Assembly (NCBI GenBank): GCA_964016885.1
Contig: OZ024740.1
Location: 192,510,001-192,574,000 of the forward strand
Reading direction: 5' to 3'
Origin: Eledone cirrhosa
Lineage: Eukaryota
DNA: 64,000 bases
Part shown: positions 27,035 to 41,439 of the stretch, piece by piece
Layout of the letters: every line of letters starts with the position of its first letter
Numbering within the stretch: position 1 is the stretch's first letter
Notes under the pieces: model-generated
Seen by the model: the letters and a program-made list of their open reading frames with translations, nothing else
Told to the model about the DNA's origin: nothing
Database searches by the model: none
Position numbers and translations under genes: made by a program

Positions 27035-28657
27035 TTTTTTTAAGGCTAATTAGTGAGTCATGTTACTCTGTAGTCTCGCCTGCTTCAGACAGGATCATCG
27101 GAAAGAGCTCTATCTGATAACCCTGTGATAAACACGCGAAATGTTTATATATCTTTGGTTATATATCATTTGAATGTGAAACCCTGAGTAGCTGGTAATT
27201 GGGTGGGTGGCATATTACCCACAATTGACATTTTAATTAGGAAGCATCTAATTTCATAGGTCAGCAATTAAATACCGAAGGCGCAACCTTCTAGAGAGTA
27301 TGAAATACATATATCACAGTTCAACTAGAGGCTATTCTTCTAATTACTTTTGATGGCGTGCTCTATCTTCCGGTATATGCAGACATGCTTAACTGCTGAA
27401 TTGATGATTGCCCCCCCCCATGTTTCTGCTTGAGTAAACAAGTGCAGAAAGATGTGTTCATGCTTATATAGGAAACACTCGCTTGAGCGGGGTTTATTCT
27501 CTGAAGTATTGCTGCTGTCCAGCTCTCCTGAGAGTTTCATACCATGTGTGTATTTCTGCTACGATTTTCTAATTATATGGTTTTGTTTCTTATAGAGAAT
27601 GATGGACCGTTTATAAAAAGAAATGAATGCCCCATCAATGGAATTATGATAGAAACTTTGATAGAAATATGTTCATCTCCATGGTGCAGTTGCCATATAT
27701 AAGTGTACTCAATTTTATTTTCTGTTTCAAGATTAAGGCTTCTATGTCTGTATTTCATTGGCATTTGAAGGGAAACCTCCCACAATGTTTCTTGAAAAGT
27801 ATTCTCTGCAATCTCAGACTTCGTCTTCCAATCAATGATACTGTATATGTTTTGCAGGATCTAGCCACATAAGAAGCTTTGAGACACCTTCATGAAATCA
27901 TAGTACTGCTACTGGTCATTTGTGAAGTTTCAGTCGTATTGACATAACATTAAATGTACTCGTGTGTTTTTAATAAATGATTTTATCCCATGCCTCATTC
28001 TTTCTGTCTGTTCACTAGTTGAAGAACCCGAAATTGTAATAGGATGAATTATAGAGTTACCAATTATAATACATATAAATAATGTTTAGGTGAGCAGGGC
28101 TTGCTGGTCACTGCTTCCCCGTAAAACATAAGATTGTTTCAGTTGACTTCCTGTGATATATCACATCTACCAGAAACCTCTGGTACCAAGGTATTTTAGC
28201 AGAAGATACTGGAATTTACCTAAAAACATTGATAGAAAACAGTGACTGTTTCGCCCAATGACTATGGATATGATATAAGACATATATCTTTCTGCTAAGG
28301 CAGTGTTTTTATTTTGGGTTCAGCGATAAACCTAACATGGCATGTCAATATAGCATTGCAGAGTTCTTTATATATACACGTGAGTAATTCACTGTAAAAC
28401 AAAATCTTGCAAAATGATTTATTATATATCTCTCAGGTACTTACATGTTATGCAAATTTTCTACAGCTTGAGCTTCATCCATGCTAGTTGAAATATATGC
28501 TCTCTCCAATGACAATGGGTAGAAGGGCGAAAATATATTTGCGTGCTCCGTTTGAAAATCCTACATCACTGGCCCCTAGATGTCTTTTCACTCATTTGAA
28601 TGCATGCATGTGTACACATATGTATGCGAGTAAGAATGAACGAAGTGTGTATGCATC

Positions 28658-28711
<54 letters not shown>

Positions 28712-28884
28712 CACACATATATATATAGAGAGAGAGACTCGCACTCATATATGCATTCACACACACACACACACACACTCACATACACATACACACGCAC
28801 ACATATATATATATATATATGCATATAGATATATACAGCGAGAGAGAGAGACAAAGAGAGAAAGAGAGAGAGAGCGAGGGGGAG

Positions 28885-28961
<77 letters not shown>

Positions 28962-29039
28962 AATTTTGAGAACGGAATATCAATTTTACATCCTGTACAT
29001 ACTTTAAAACAGTGGAAAGATCAGTTACTGAAAATTCCT

Positions 29040-29411
29040 ATAATTTTGAAATGTTGGTACTGCCAGAAAGCCAACGTCCCTCGAGTATTGAACTCATGAA
29101 AACAGACATAAATTGTCACTCTTCATACTCACTAAACTATAAGATTCTCATTTTCGACACAAAAGTACCACCAGATACTGTGCCCTAATCACGTCTTCTT
29201 CTTCAGCCTGTGAAATCGTACTTTTTTTGTATAACGCTGAAAGGAATTCCAAAATTCAGTTAAATACGATTTACAAGCCTTCTTCCGTAGCGCGTCACCA
29301 TAGTAACATTGATAGCAGGTACAAAATCACCGTATCCTCGACCGTCGAAATGGATGTAGACAGTTTCGAAGCCTAAGAACGGTATTGTTATTCTATTCGG
29401 AGTTAGAATGT
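29040..29411 (-). pseudogene. Possible decayed exon (extracellular module, CUB-like?)
   Basis: TTTTAG acceptor, phase 1; ILTPNRITIPFLGFETVYIHFDGRGYGDFVPAINVTMVTRYGRRL, then frameshifted WYFCVENENL..VCFHEF. Confidence 0.25.
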
Positions 29412-29936
29412 CTAAAATGGTGATAGAACACTAGCATGGTGCATATTACAAGACGAAAACAAACCAAATTTAAGTAAAATTATATGTCCAGGACAAATAC
29501 GTATATAATTAAATGTATGACAGTTAATTCGAAACGTATATGGGTGGAACTGGTTTAGTATAAAACATATTTTGTAATTACCAGTCAGCAGGATCTTTGT
29601 CAAGACCCCGAAATTAATACAAACAAATAACAAGAAACTAGTTTGCAGATGTAGTTGCAAAAGGTAGCAATCCAGTTTTCCTTTTAGAAATGGCTTTCCG
29701 AGCTATAAAACAAATATAATTTTCTATTCCCGGAATATTCCTTATGTTCTCAGGATGATTTTTGTAGCACACCAGATGAAAACACTGTAGCATCTCCCGC
29801 ACCCCGCCATGTATTTCTGTTGTAAGCATGTGTCACAATATGTAGTATAGTACGTCTTCACAGAGGTGCTTTGAAAGGATTGAGATAAAAATATCGAGGG
29901 AGAGAAAGACAGAGAAAGAGAGTGTGGGGAGAGAGA

Positions 29937-29986
<50 letters not shown>

Positions 29987-29993
29987 GAGAGAG

Positions 29994-30037
<44 letters not shown>

Positions 30038-30430
30038 AGAGAGAGAGAGAGATAGAGAAAGGATATATGTATGAAGATAAGATTAAGGGGAACGAAAAAC
30101 AGGAAGAAAGATGAATCTCTTTCAGTAATTGACTTCGGAATGAAATCAAAACGAGAAACATGTCCACCGCTTATAAGTTTAATATGTATGTATATAAATT
30201 AGTAGAACGATCTAATCACTCAACCAGTTTAATAACCATACATAATGCGACAGAATTCTTTGGCAAAATCAAATTTTTTGCGTGGATAACATACTCTTAA
30301 AATGTTACGGCAAATTATTCTTAACAGAGGCTAGAGAAAGATGTCAATAAGCTCGAGCAAGCAGTGAAATGAAGCGTGTAAAATGATATTCCTATTCGGC
30401 AGTTATACTTTTGTGGAGTTGTAATATAGT

Positions 30431-30608
30431 TGTTTCTACTTTTGGCACACGGCCAGCAATTACTTCAGTACATTACTGGTACTTTATTTTATCGACCCCG
30501 TAAGGATGAAAGGCAAAGTTAATCTCGGCGGGATTTGAACTCAGAATTGCAAGGGCCGTAACTCTATGCGTCAAAGCATGGCGTCCGACCCTCTCCCGAT
30601 ACTGCCAA
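30431..30608 (-). mobile_element. SINE family A (variant subfamily)
   Basis: Reverse-complement copy; flanking direct repeat GGAG(T/G)TGTAATATAGT. Confidence 0.88.
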
Positions 30609-30739
30609 GAGATTGGGAGGTGTAATATAGTAGAGTATAGTTGTATTATAGGATAGTATATAATATAGTATAGTTGTACTATAGTATAGTATATAGTATT
30701 TTATAGTATATAGTATAGTATAGTATAGTATACTGTAGT

Positions 30740-30992
30740 GGCGTTGTATTATCGTAGAGTGTTTTTTAAAGGGTAAGAATTCAGAGTGTTCATTTTATAG
30801 ACGGTAGTGGCAATGTCTGATTGTCGGCAAATATATGATAAAGAGTTCCTAACAACGGCTGAATATAGCAGAATCAAGTTCCCATTGTCACTTTCGATGT
30901 CCCTCCCGCTCTCTACTTGCAACTGGAAACACACTTCGGTGATATTAGATCTTCCCAACGAAGTTTCTTTCATTCAAATATTTTCAGAACAA
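30740..30992 (-). pseudogene. Possible decayed exon (CUB-like?)
   Basis: AG acceptor, then CSENI*MKETSLGRSNITEVCFQLQVESGRDI, resembling CUB C.W.I.V..G..I. Confidence 0.22.
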
Positions 30993-32119
30993 CTAATGGA
31001 TATAAAATGTGTGTACATTTGTGTACATTTTTTGATTAGAGAATTATGATAATGACATAGGAAAACGTTCAATTATGGCGTGTGTAATAAAGAAATTATA
31101 GAAGAATATTCCCTATACGTGTATATGATTAATTTATGTATTTTGAAGCAGTGTAAATTAATAGAAGTGTATATAACATGTCGTCGTACAGCCGATATAC
31201 GTTTTACGTTTTAATTGATAATGTAAAAACCTTACGGACAAGAGGATGCATGGATTGTATTAATGTATTTTATAATTCATTGACATATTCCCTAATGGAA
31301 TGCAACTGATGAGTTACTATAGCCACAAAAATTGGTCACGGAACAAATAGTTTAACTAAAACTAAAGTACATATTTAATTAATGAAAATTAGAGAAAATT
31401 CAAAGTTATTTATTTTTGTGAATGTGGTGGTCTGTTACATTAACGTATACTAGTGAAACTATATTGTATGAACAAATAATACGATGTTCACACCTGTATC
31501 TCTCTAGAGAAGTAGAGCTTAAGACAATATCAAGTTTTAGTAGAACAGTCAGGCATTCATTTCAAAATGTATTTTTTTTATTTTTAGCTGTAAAACCTAA
31601 TCTATGCATCAAATGTGTGCTGATGTAGCTATTCTTATATATACAGATGTTTTAATGCTTTTCGATTTCTCTTAATGGAAACAATGATATTGCACGAACA
31701 TCTTTGAAAAACCTTTAACCAAAACAAATGCATAAGTAGTATTTTTCTAACATATTTTCTTACCTATTTTCTGTGTGTAACAATGTCCATTGCATGATAT
31801 TCAAATTAAAATTTGCGAACATTACATTTATAGCCAAAAGGTTTCTTTCCAATTGTATGTTATCTGTAGATGTTTTATATTATGTCCTTTTAATAATTGA
31901 TATATTTTTTAAACGAGAAATTGATATTTTATTTTCAATTTATAAAACCACACTTTCAATGGAAACTAACAAAAATTAAGTCTTTACATGATTGAATAAA
32001 TGTGCTGCTTACTGATACCTTGCTGATAGATAGTTATGATGACGTTTTGTATATATATACATATATATATAGTATAAAGAAAACGAAAAATCAGTGATGC
32101 ATCTGGACTTAATTTATTA

Positions 32120-32210
32120 CGTGTTACAATTGTTTCGCCCGCAGGTAGCACGAGGCATGGTCCCTGTATGGTTCTGGCTGATTCTATGGCTGCAGGTTCT
32201 TTCAGACACG
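32120..32210 (-). ncRNA. Type I hammerhead with 8-nt core CTGAAAGA
   Basis: CGTGT-CTGAAAGA-ACCTGCAG...CTGCGGGC-GAAA-CAATTG-TA-ACACG. Confidence 0.7.
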
Positions 32211-35200
32211 GGTATTTCGTTCGGAGCAAATTTTATCACTGGCGTGTTATCATCAAAAACCACCCTCAAAAAATCCTCTTCCACTATCGTCAGGCTGTTT
32301 TTACTCCACGTCATCACAATGTGTGGTCAGTATTTACTGCTACACGGGTCATTAGCCATTTTCCGTCCGAAACACTTCAATGGCCAGATCTAGCCTCACT
32401 AGGGACGAGACCAACCTCATAGTAGCAGCCAGAAAGACGCAAATTAGATTCGAAGACAGGTTGTGGGAGAGGAGGGACAGACCCGACAGTTTCTATATCA
32501 CCATGGGATCAAGTGACTCGGCGCAAGTGACCGACCTTTTGGGGATATATCTCATCCATAGGCTGACGCAGGATATCCCGGGGATCGGTTGTGGAATATA
32601 CAGAGACGACGCCCTTTTCACCTTCCGTTCCCTTAACCCCAGTCAGATGGAGCGTATGAGGAAGCGCATATCGCATTTTTTTAAACAACACGGTTTATCC
32701 GTGGCACTAGAGCCTAGCACTAAGACGGTCAATTTCTTGGACGTTACCTTGGAAATGAATACGGGCATCCACAGACCGTGACATAAGCCCACCGAAAAGC
32801 TGCACTATGTGAACAGGCAATCTAATCACACCAAGTCAGTCATAGAAGCCATAGTTAAAGGGGTCTCCAAACGCATATCCACCCTGTCGTCGAACGCAGA
32901 AGTGTTTAAACAGCACGCCAAATATTATAATGAGGCACTGCGCAGGACCAGTTACAAATACACCATACTATATACCCCGGACAGAGTAGATCCAAGTGAT
33001 AAGGTCTGCAGAAATGCCAATAGCGGGGGCGCCTCCTTAGGTAGAAGAAATTACCCGCTAGCAGTATCCAGGAACATAAATAGCAACACAACTAGCATTA
33101 ATGACCCAGGACCGACCGGAGGTAGGACAAAGGCACCCATAGGAGCCAGACCACCCAGTACACAGAGGCATGGGCCTGGCACTCACACTGCATACTCCGT
33201 GGCAACTGGGACCAGAGGCAGGACATCGAACAATACGAACGGGGCACACGCCAGGGAGCACGTCGAGCCTGATTGTACGGGTACAGCACCGACAGCAGCA
33301 TCACATAGACCTACGGAGAATAGTCGTATAGATGACCACATAGAACGACGTAAATTTATAACTGTAGAGCATAACCCCGACACACATAGAGGGCAAATAG
33401 ACAGACACAACGCACGGGATGTAATTGTTATTGGGGCGAGCACGGGACGGACATCGAGTCCTGGACACACCAACAAGAATCCACGCACCGAGGTAACAGA
33501 TCTAAAGCCGTTACTTGTTTCAATGCGCCTTACTCCAAACATGTACGCACCAACGTGCCAGGATTTTTTTTCCGAGCGTTGGATGAGTGCTTTCCGCCGA
33601 CAAACAAGTACCACAAAATCTTCAACCGCCACACGGTGAAAGTTTCCTTCTCCACGGCACCTAATATGGCCAACTACATGGCTAAAACTAACGCGGTGAA
33701 GATGGCGCACACTGGCCGTCAACCGCGGCGACAGAGTGACCGTCTTTCGGAGCGCAGAGAACCACCCAGGAACCTGCCCTCAAATGACAACCCGGCCCTC
33801 GAGGCGACCAGAGCGCCCGCAGAGGGCGATGTCGTCCAGCACCGAGAGGGAAATAGTGTCATGGGGGAGACTGCAGTGTCGGCGGTACAACACCCTGAGA
33901 ACCTTGAGAGAGCCATAGCAGATCGAGGCTCGGACATCGGATGCATAAGAACTGACAGCAGAACTTGCAACTGTAGAGCGGGCACCCGGTGCCCCCTACA
34001 GGGAAAATGCTTGATGAAGGACTTAATATACAAGTGTGTGGTTACAACCCAAAACGCGCATCGCACCTACATTGGCGCAATATCAACGACTTTAAATCGC
34101 GGATGTATAATCACACGAATTCCTTCAGGGACCGTAGAAAAAGGCACTCCACTACGTTAGCGGACCTGGTGTGAGACCTGAAAGACCAAGGCACTCTGTA
34201 CGCCCTGGAATGGAATATCGTTCGCCACGCGTGGGCATATTCGGCCGGAAGTAGAAAGTGCTGATTATGCCAACAGGAGGCCATGGAGATAGTCAGACTG
34301 AAGGATGACACCGTTCACCTGAAGTCTGAAATTATCATGACCTGCAGACACCAGAGAAGATGCACATTTGCAGCATGGAATCCTCCGGGTGGCGCAGGCC
34401 GGGGGCATGGGAACGGGTACGCACAGCCCCAATTGGCCCAACGGGATTAGATAACCTGACACCATGCAATGATGACGGTCTGCGACCCGTGAGGCAAACA
34501 TATGTAAACCAGGGACGCACCTGACCGAACACACAACATTGGAAGATACACCGCATGGGATGGGACCGGCTAACACGTGGCCCAGTGCCGCCCGGCCCGA
34601 TACCCCAAACATATAGAACAGCACACCCCAGCCACGGTGCCATGCCCCATGGCGACCGGGCAGGGCGTTCCCTTGAATATGTACCCCGTCAATCGTGACT
34701 ATATACTCTCCACCTGTTCCACTTTGGAACAATGATTATTACTGTCATTATTGTTCTATTATTGTTCTGTTACTGTTACCTGTTCTATATACAGACACAA
34801 ATCTGCACCTTATACTACGTGTGTGTCGTATATCACATGGATACACGCACCTTCCCCTGTACCCCCCCCCCCCCCCGTTAATTATTTTACCCCTTTTTTC
34901 TTGTACCTATTTATGAAATTACATACAGATTTTAGTGTATCCTAAAATATTGTAAATTTATTTATTTATTTTATTTAATTTTATTATCCTATTGTGTTTA
35001 TATTCGCGTGTTTTTATGTGTGGACCTGTGCGTAGGTATATATATGTGTGGGTGTATGTAGGTATATACATATATATATATACGTGGCTGTGTGCGGGGG
35101 GGGGGTATACGGGCATGCGTGCGTGTATGCATGAGCTTATGAGCGCGTGTATGTGCAGACATGTGCATGTATGTGGCAGAGTGGGTGTGTATGTATGTAT

Positions 35201-35237
35201 AAATGTGTGTATATATAAATATATAAATATATATATA

Positions 35238-35560
35238 TGTATTTCGTTTCTGAATTTGTTTAGCAAGATTCTTTATCTCAAAACGTGTGTTGAAACCGAT
35301 ATGTTATATTTTGGGAGGGTCATGTTGCCAATAAGAAACACACGCACCAGTTGCTTTCACTTCAATTTATTATAATAAATTTATAAATTTAGGAATTTAT
35401 AAATTTCCGGTTGGTTGGTTGGTTCCAAAACCAGATGATTGTCTATATATTGTCAAAGTTCTTTCGTCACACATTCTGGGACCTCTTCAGTGACTGGGGC
35501 CTCTTTTCTTTGTTTTTGAGCCTGTCCTCTTTTCTGTCCTACGCCATCTTGTTTGTGTGT
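35238..35560 (-). mobile_element. Solo 3' end (pLTR) of the Naiad-like PLE, nested in the 3' UTR of another PLE
   Basis: Homologous to 15898-16170 and 63350-63690. Confidence 0.85.
35452..35494 (-). ncRNA. Type I hammerhead ribozyme
   Basis: GTCA-CTGAAGA-GGTCCCA.GAATG.TGTGAC-GAAA-GAAC-TT-TGAC. Confidence 0.65.
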
Positions 35561-35848
35561 GTGTTCTATATATGTAACTATATGTATACATGTGTGCGTA
35601 TGTACGTATAGCTACGTATGAGTAGGCGTTTGTGTGTCTGGGTGCGTAAGTGTGTATATATATATGTGTGGGTGCGGGTGTATGCATATGTGGGCCTCTA
35701 TATGTGTGTATGTGTATTTGTGCATACATGTATGTATTTATGTGCATCTCACAGGAATGTGTACGGATGATTATATATGGAGTATATATGCATCTTATTA
35801 CTATTATTCTTTTTATAATACTTTATCATTCCGTATATGTATGTATGA

Positions 35849-35938
<90 letters not shown>

Positions 35939-36957
35939 TGTTATATAATATATTGATATTTTCAGCTTTGTATTTTATATTTTATGTTATGGTATTTTAC
36001 CGTTATTTTATGGTATATTGTGTTTTTTATTATATAATGTATTTTTAATTTACGGTTGTGTTTATATATGTATACGTGGAAGCACATGTGTGTGTAAGCA
36101 AATATGCATATGTGCAAGTGTCTGCATGTGCCAGCCCATGTGCGTATGCATATGTAGATTTATATAAGTCTACATGTGTGTATGTATATGTATGTATATG
36201 TGTGGGTGTGCGTATGCATGTAGGGTATTTTTGTATATATATATATATATGTGTGTGTGCGTGTGTGTATGTGTGCTTGTAATTTTGTGTACGTATGTGT
36301 ATTTTGTAAGGATGTGTGGGCTTGTGTGAGTATATATATATGTGTATGTATGTATATATATATATGAGTGTATATGTATGGATGTGTATGTATGTATGTA
36401 TATATGTGTGTTTAAGTGTGTATATATAAGGTTGTGCGTATGTATGTGTAAGAGCGTATGTGTGTATATATGTGTATGTTTGCGTAGGCCATGCTTGTCC
36501 AACCGGATGTATGGCACGACTTAGCAGACGTTATAAGGCTTGTGGCGATATATATCTAGAAGTGAGTGTGACTGGGTCCGTGGAAGTGAGGGAGAGCGTG
36601 TGTGCGTATATATACATGTATGTATGTGTGTGTGTGTGTGTGTACGCATGTAGGAGTACGTGTGTGTATGCACGAATGTATCTGTCTACATGTGTGTGTA
36701 TACGTGTGTGTAGATTCGTGTGTGGGTGCTTACTCTGGAGTGTGAACACACGGGTGAGATGCTGACGCAGCATGACTACATTGAAGTGTGTCGGATGGAA
36801 TATGGCTGATGATTCGTGTAGCAGTAAATACTGACCAGAAATTGTGATGACGTGGAGTAAAAACACCCAATGGCATGACAAGAGTGGAAGAGGATTTTAT
36901 CACTGGGGTGTTTTTTTATAACACCCCAGTGATACAATTTGCTCCGAACGAAATACT

Positions 36958-37048
36958 CGTGTCTGAAAGAACCTGCAGCCGTAAAATAAGCCAGATCCAT
37001 ACAGGGACCATGTCTCGAGCTACCTGCCGTCGAAACAATTGTAACACG
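36958..37048 (+). ncRNA. Type I hammerhead with 8-nt core CTGAAAGA
   Basis: CGTGT-CTGAAAGA-ACCTGCAG...CTGCCGTC-GAAA-CAATTG-TA-ACACG. Confidence 0.65.
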
Positions 37049-37180
37049 CAATAAATTAAGTCCAGATGTATCACTGATTTTTCGTTTTCTTTATACTATC
37101 TACACTCTACTCTGCTGAATATCGAGTGCTAATTTTGGCATACCGCCTATGGAAGCACCATAGCTACCATTATACCCAAT

Positions 37181-37242
<62 letters not shown>

Positions 37243-37387
37243 GTGTGTGTGTGTATATACACATATATTAAGAGAGAGATAGCGAGAGGGGGGAGAGGGA
37301 GAGGGAGAGACAGAGAGAAAGAGAGATGGAGAGAGAGAGTGGAGAGAGCGATAGAGATAGAGAGAGAGTGAGAGAGAGAGAGAGAGC

Positions 37388-37462
<75 letters not shown>

Positions 37463-38329
37463 CCAGAGAGAGAGACTGACTGATATGTACACGGCTGTGT
37501 GTCTGCGTAACTGTGTGTATATTCTTGTATGTGAATATGTAATTGTATCTTGCATGTATAGACATTTTATTCGGAAGAATTTTAATGATATTTTTAAAAC
37601 TCACAATGTTATGAATATTTTTAAGATCACGACCAAAAAGATCATCAGAATTTCTAGAATTAATATTGTTAATTAAATATTGAATACAAAAATATAATAA
37701 CACTATATTCTGGGAACATTTCATAAAGTTCTGATAAATATCAAATGGAACTACAAAACAATTAACACATTGGAAACCAAGCTCGATAAGTTACATGTGA
37801 TAGGAGCAAACAACATGTTGACAGAATATAACAAAGTGTTAGTACGCCGTGTTTCTTTTTCGTTATTAATTATTCCAGCCAGGGAAGCATAAATCATTCG
37901 GAGTAACATTTAGCTCGTGTGATTAATACCAATGCACTTTACGAAGTAGTGGTATTTATTAGAGAAGCAGTAGTGTGTCTAATTTTTTTACATAATTTAG
38001 AATCTTTCCGAGCAGGGATACACATTTCCCCAGTAAGTAGGTTTTGTGGTTACAATCCAATACATCAATATAAGTGAACCATATACAATTGAGTATTGTT
38101 CAATGGGCTTAAAATATTGAGTTTAAGAGCTTCTATTGGCCTGTAAATTACAAAAGAAATCTAACCATTTATGCAGCCGTATAGAAATATATTAAAATCG
38201 CTTAGTACATCTTACCATTAAAATAACTTAATACATGTAGATTCCATTATTATTGTGATATTGAGTATATTGAGTATTTACGTGTGCGATATTGATTAGC
38301 ATTTCATATTATACCCAGGAGCAGAAGAC

Positions 38330-38825
38330 TATACATCTTGGGTGTTTTCACCAACTTCAGAAATCATCCACATTTTTTATTAAAATCATTTCTCACCCAT
38401 AACATTTCCCAAGCAGTTGTGAATCAATAATGAGAATTAATTTCGTGTGGGCTAATTAATCTATCATGCCAGTAGTTGTTATTTTATTGTCGTGCATTGA
38501 TTTATGAGTATTACATCCAATCCTTGTTCCTGCAGTAAACGTCGTTCCTATCATTCAATCGCAGTATGGTGCATGAAATGTGTAATTCTGACATTCAGAT
38601 TTGAAATAATTAATATCATTTTTCATGGTCATTTTCCCTTCAGTTTCATAACACCTGTGCTTAGTTTCTATATTAATTTCAGACGAAATACCTCAAAGAT
38701 ACCCGCATAATATTCCCCAACAGTATAGTACAGTTACCTATATTTTTAGCACGTACTTGTATTAGTATCCGTGTAAAGAATAACAGTAATTGCAAGCAAT
38801 TCATAATTCATATCGTGATTTTCTC
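38330..38825 (-). pseudogene. Possible first two coding exons of a decayed secreted/CUB-like gene
   Basis: Exon 38825-38738 (TTTCAG acceptor, ATG at 38804, MNCLQLLLFFTRILIQVRAKNI, G|GTAACT donor), 70 bp GT-AG intron, then in frame ETKHRCYETEGKMTMKNDINYFKSECQNYTFHAPYCD*MIGTTFTAGTRIGC. Confidence 0.35.
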
Positions 38826-39769
38826 CTGAAATAAAGAAAATTCATAATGGACTATTCAATGCGTCAGCTCAGTCCCATAGAATGAATTGAGCCTCAGCGT
38901 TCGCTTACTGCTATGTATTTTCCATCGGTTGGATGCAGTAACATAGACCCGTAGCTATAGCAGCAATAGTAGCTAATAGTAGCTAATGCAAATTATCTTT
39001 TGTTATGCAGTAGTATATATCGCAACATTTGAAATGTAAATACCGAAAGAGATCACATACTTTGGAAATTCAAAATATTAAAATATATATTACACAGGCA
39101 CATAGCATCCAGCAGTCATATAAACGTAAATCATAACTACATTTATAAATAAACCATATATCATTAAATTGCAATCGAACCTCTGTTACCTATTCAGTGG
39201 TTGATACGGCAATAGAATATCAGGTCCAAAACTACGACATGTAGAATTGAGCTCAGTAATCATGTACAATTACCCTTTTTGATTTAGCATTACAGCAAAG
39301 AAACTGAAAGTGCAGAAAAATACGCATTCATTTAACCGGAAACTGCTATATAATTAGAAAAACGTAAACATAAAAAAACATTGAACGTAAAATATTGATG
39401 TGAAAGTGATTACTATGTATTGAAAAATGTATCGATTACACTTATTATGTAGAGAACATAAGCCAAATGTTAACCGATTGAAGCAGTGTAATTAAACAGA
39501 TAAATCAATTGAAATATAATAGTTGAAAGAAAGTTATACATCTTGACAGGAACATGCACTGAATCAGCATGAATCATGGCGTTATTTGATGAGCCACCCT
39601 TTGTCAAACAGATGATCTTGAAATGCAGTTTTCTGAGAGTGTGATATAGGGAAACGGTCGAAAATATCCCAGGCCTCATTCGATTACCGATTGGGATGTA
39701 AACTCCTCGTTTCCATTGGTCATTCCATTTCTAATATTATCTTCTGGTCGAAAAGCTACTAGTGGCAGA

Positions 39770-39888
39770 AAAAAGTTGAAGCAAAATGTCTTGCCCACAG
39801 AGAAAACACAGAGCCCGGTTCGGAAATCAAACTCGCAACCTCTTGATTGCGAATCTAAACCTCTAAGTACTAAGCTACGCACCTTCAC
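39770..39888 (-). mobile_element. Degenerate tRNA-derived SINE head (family B-like)
   Basis: A-box-like GTAGCTTAGT, B-box-like GAGTTTGATTTCC, followed by GTGGGCAAGACATTT. Confidence 0.5.
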
Positions 39889-41322
39889 AAAATGTGATCT
39901 AAACTGCCGTGAGACTTGTTCTGTACGATTGAATTGTATTTGGGAAAATTCATATAGTATCTAAAGAGTTTCCTAATTAAATATTTACTAGGATAGTTTC
40001 ACAGATACCAGGATTTCGTTTGTTAGGATTAAACGCAACAATATATTTGGCACAATGAGGTACTTATTTATCGTAGATTCAATACCTGGATAAAGCTGGG
40101 GATAGAATCAAGCAGAATACATGATTTAAAATATAGATTAAAACACTATAATTACTAAAACAGTTTTTTGAATATTGCAGTTATGGTATCAAATGTGTGA
40201 AATATTACAAAGTATTTTAACCAAAGTTCTATGGGTTTTGAAACCTGCCACACTATGAATAATCTAAAATCAGAATATATGTTAGCAAACCTTCAATATA
40301 CTGACGTATTCCTGGATACTATTATGTTGAGAAAATAAACTATATTTAATATAATTTTCTTTACCTAGGCCACTTGTGAATATCTATAAAGTGAGAACGT
40401 CACAATTTAAAAGATTTAACACATAATTTCATTAGGTATTCATTGTACATGTTCCCTCGCAATATTTGTCAAGTAACCTGAATTCAGGATTGTGCACACA
40501 ATAATAATGTTCTAAAGCTATCCACACTATGTACCTTATCTGCTTGTATGACATAAGTTATTAGATTATATTCATGGAAAGCCTAATGTTTCTGATAATA
40601 TTGAAAGAACAAATGTTTGATTTTTTTTTATTAAATAATTTCATAAACAGCAAGGTTCTTCAAAGAATTTCACCATGCTCCAAATTGCATTTCTATGCAA
40701 ATACAAGTACTTAGATTAAATAGGGAATGCGACGAACTGTGTTGCCAGATCGTAGGTGAGATAAGAATGCTAAATTTTCTCGTATTAATATTCTACACTT
40801 CAGAATGTAATGGATATAAAAAAAGCTAAAATTAAACAGTATTTAGGACGTTCTACTATCACAGTTACAGCATATATAAATGTGAACATAACTAGCATAA
40901 ATTATAGGTAAATAGCACATATGCATTTTAAAATGACAACGGCAATATAAAAGAAAAACGCTACATGAGAGATTATGTGTTAATAAAATTATATTTTAAC
41001 GTATACAGGTTCGAACATTTTTATCCTTCTGATTGTATTCTTTTTAAATATTCCTACATTAGAGAAGCACTCAAAAGTAATAGCCCTTAAATTATATTGA
41101 GACATAAACTATATATGTACGTTTTCTTTGGAGGATTCAAGTTAATCACAAACAGAGTGATAGGAGATTCTGTTTAAAATCAAGATGTTGCCAGAGATTT
41201 GTGAATGTCTGAGTTAATGGATGTAAATCTACGTGTAGATAGGGTTGAACTTGTGTTTTCAATGTGCATACCATATGCATGCATATGGTCATGTATGTAT
41301 GCATACATACATATATTTAACA

Positions 41323-41355
<33 letters not shown>

Positions 41356-41439
41356 AATATATATATACAGTATTTATGTATCGAGAGAGAGAAAAAAAAG
41401 GGGAGGATAGGTGATATATATAGTTATTTGCCAAGTAGC

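Larger units (their letters stand above)
32068..37110 (+). mobile_element. Penelope-like element, 5'-truncated, with inverted 5' pLTR
   Basis: Decayed ORF at about 32395-34400: ITMGSSDSAQVTDLLG, GIYRDDAL, VNFLDVTL, SNH, FNAPYS, KIFNRHTVKVSFS, CNCRAGTRCPLQGKCL, LIYKC..YIG, KSEIIMTCRH. 32068-32395 is the reverse complement of about 36770-37100. Confidence 0.93.

Noticed and set aside
32779-34265. In-frame TGA codons in the PLE ORF as possible selenocysteine recoding
   Set aside because: They fall at Trp/Tyr or other non-Cys positions and the ORF also has frameshifts; ordinary decay
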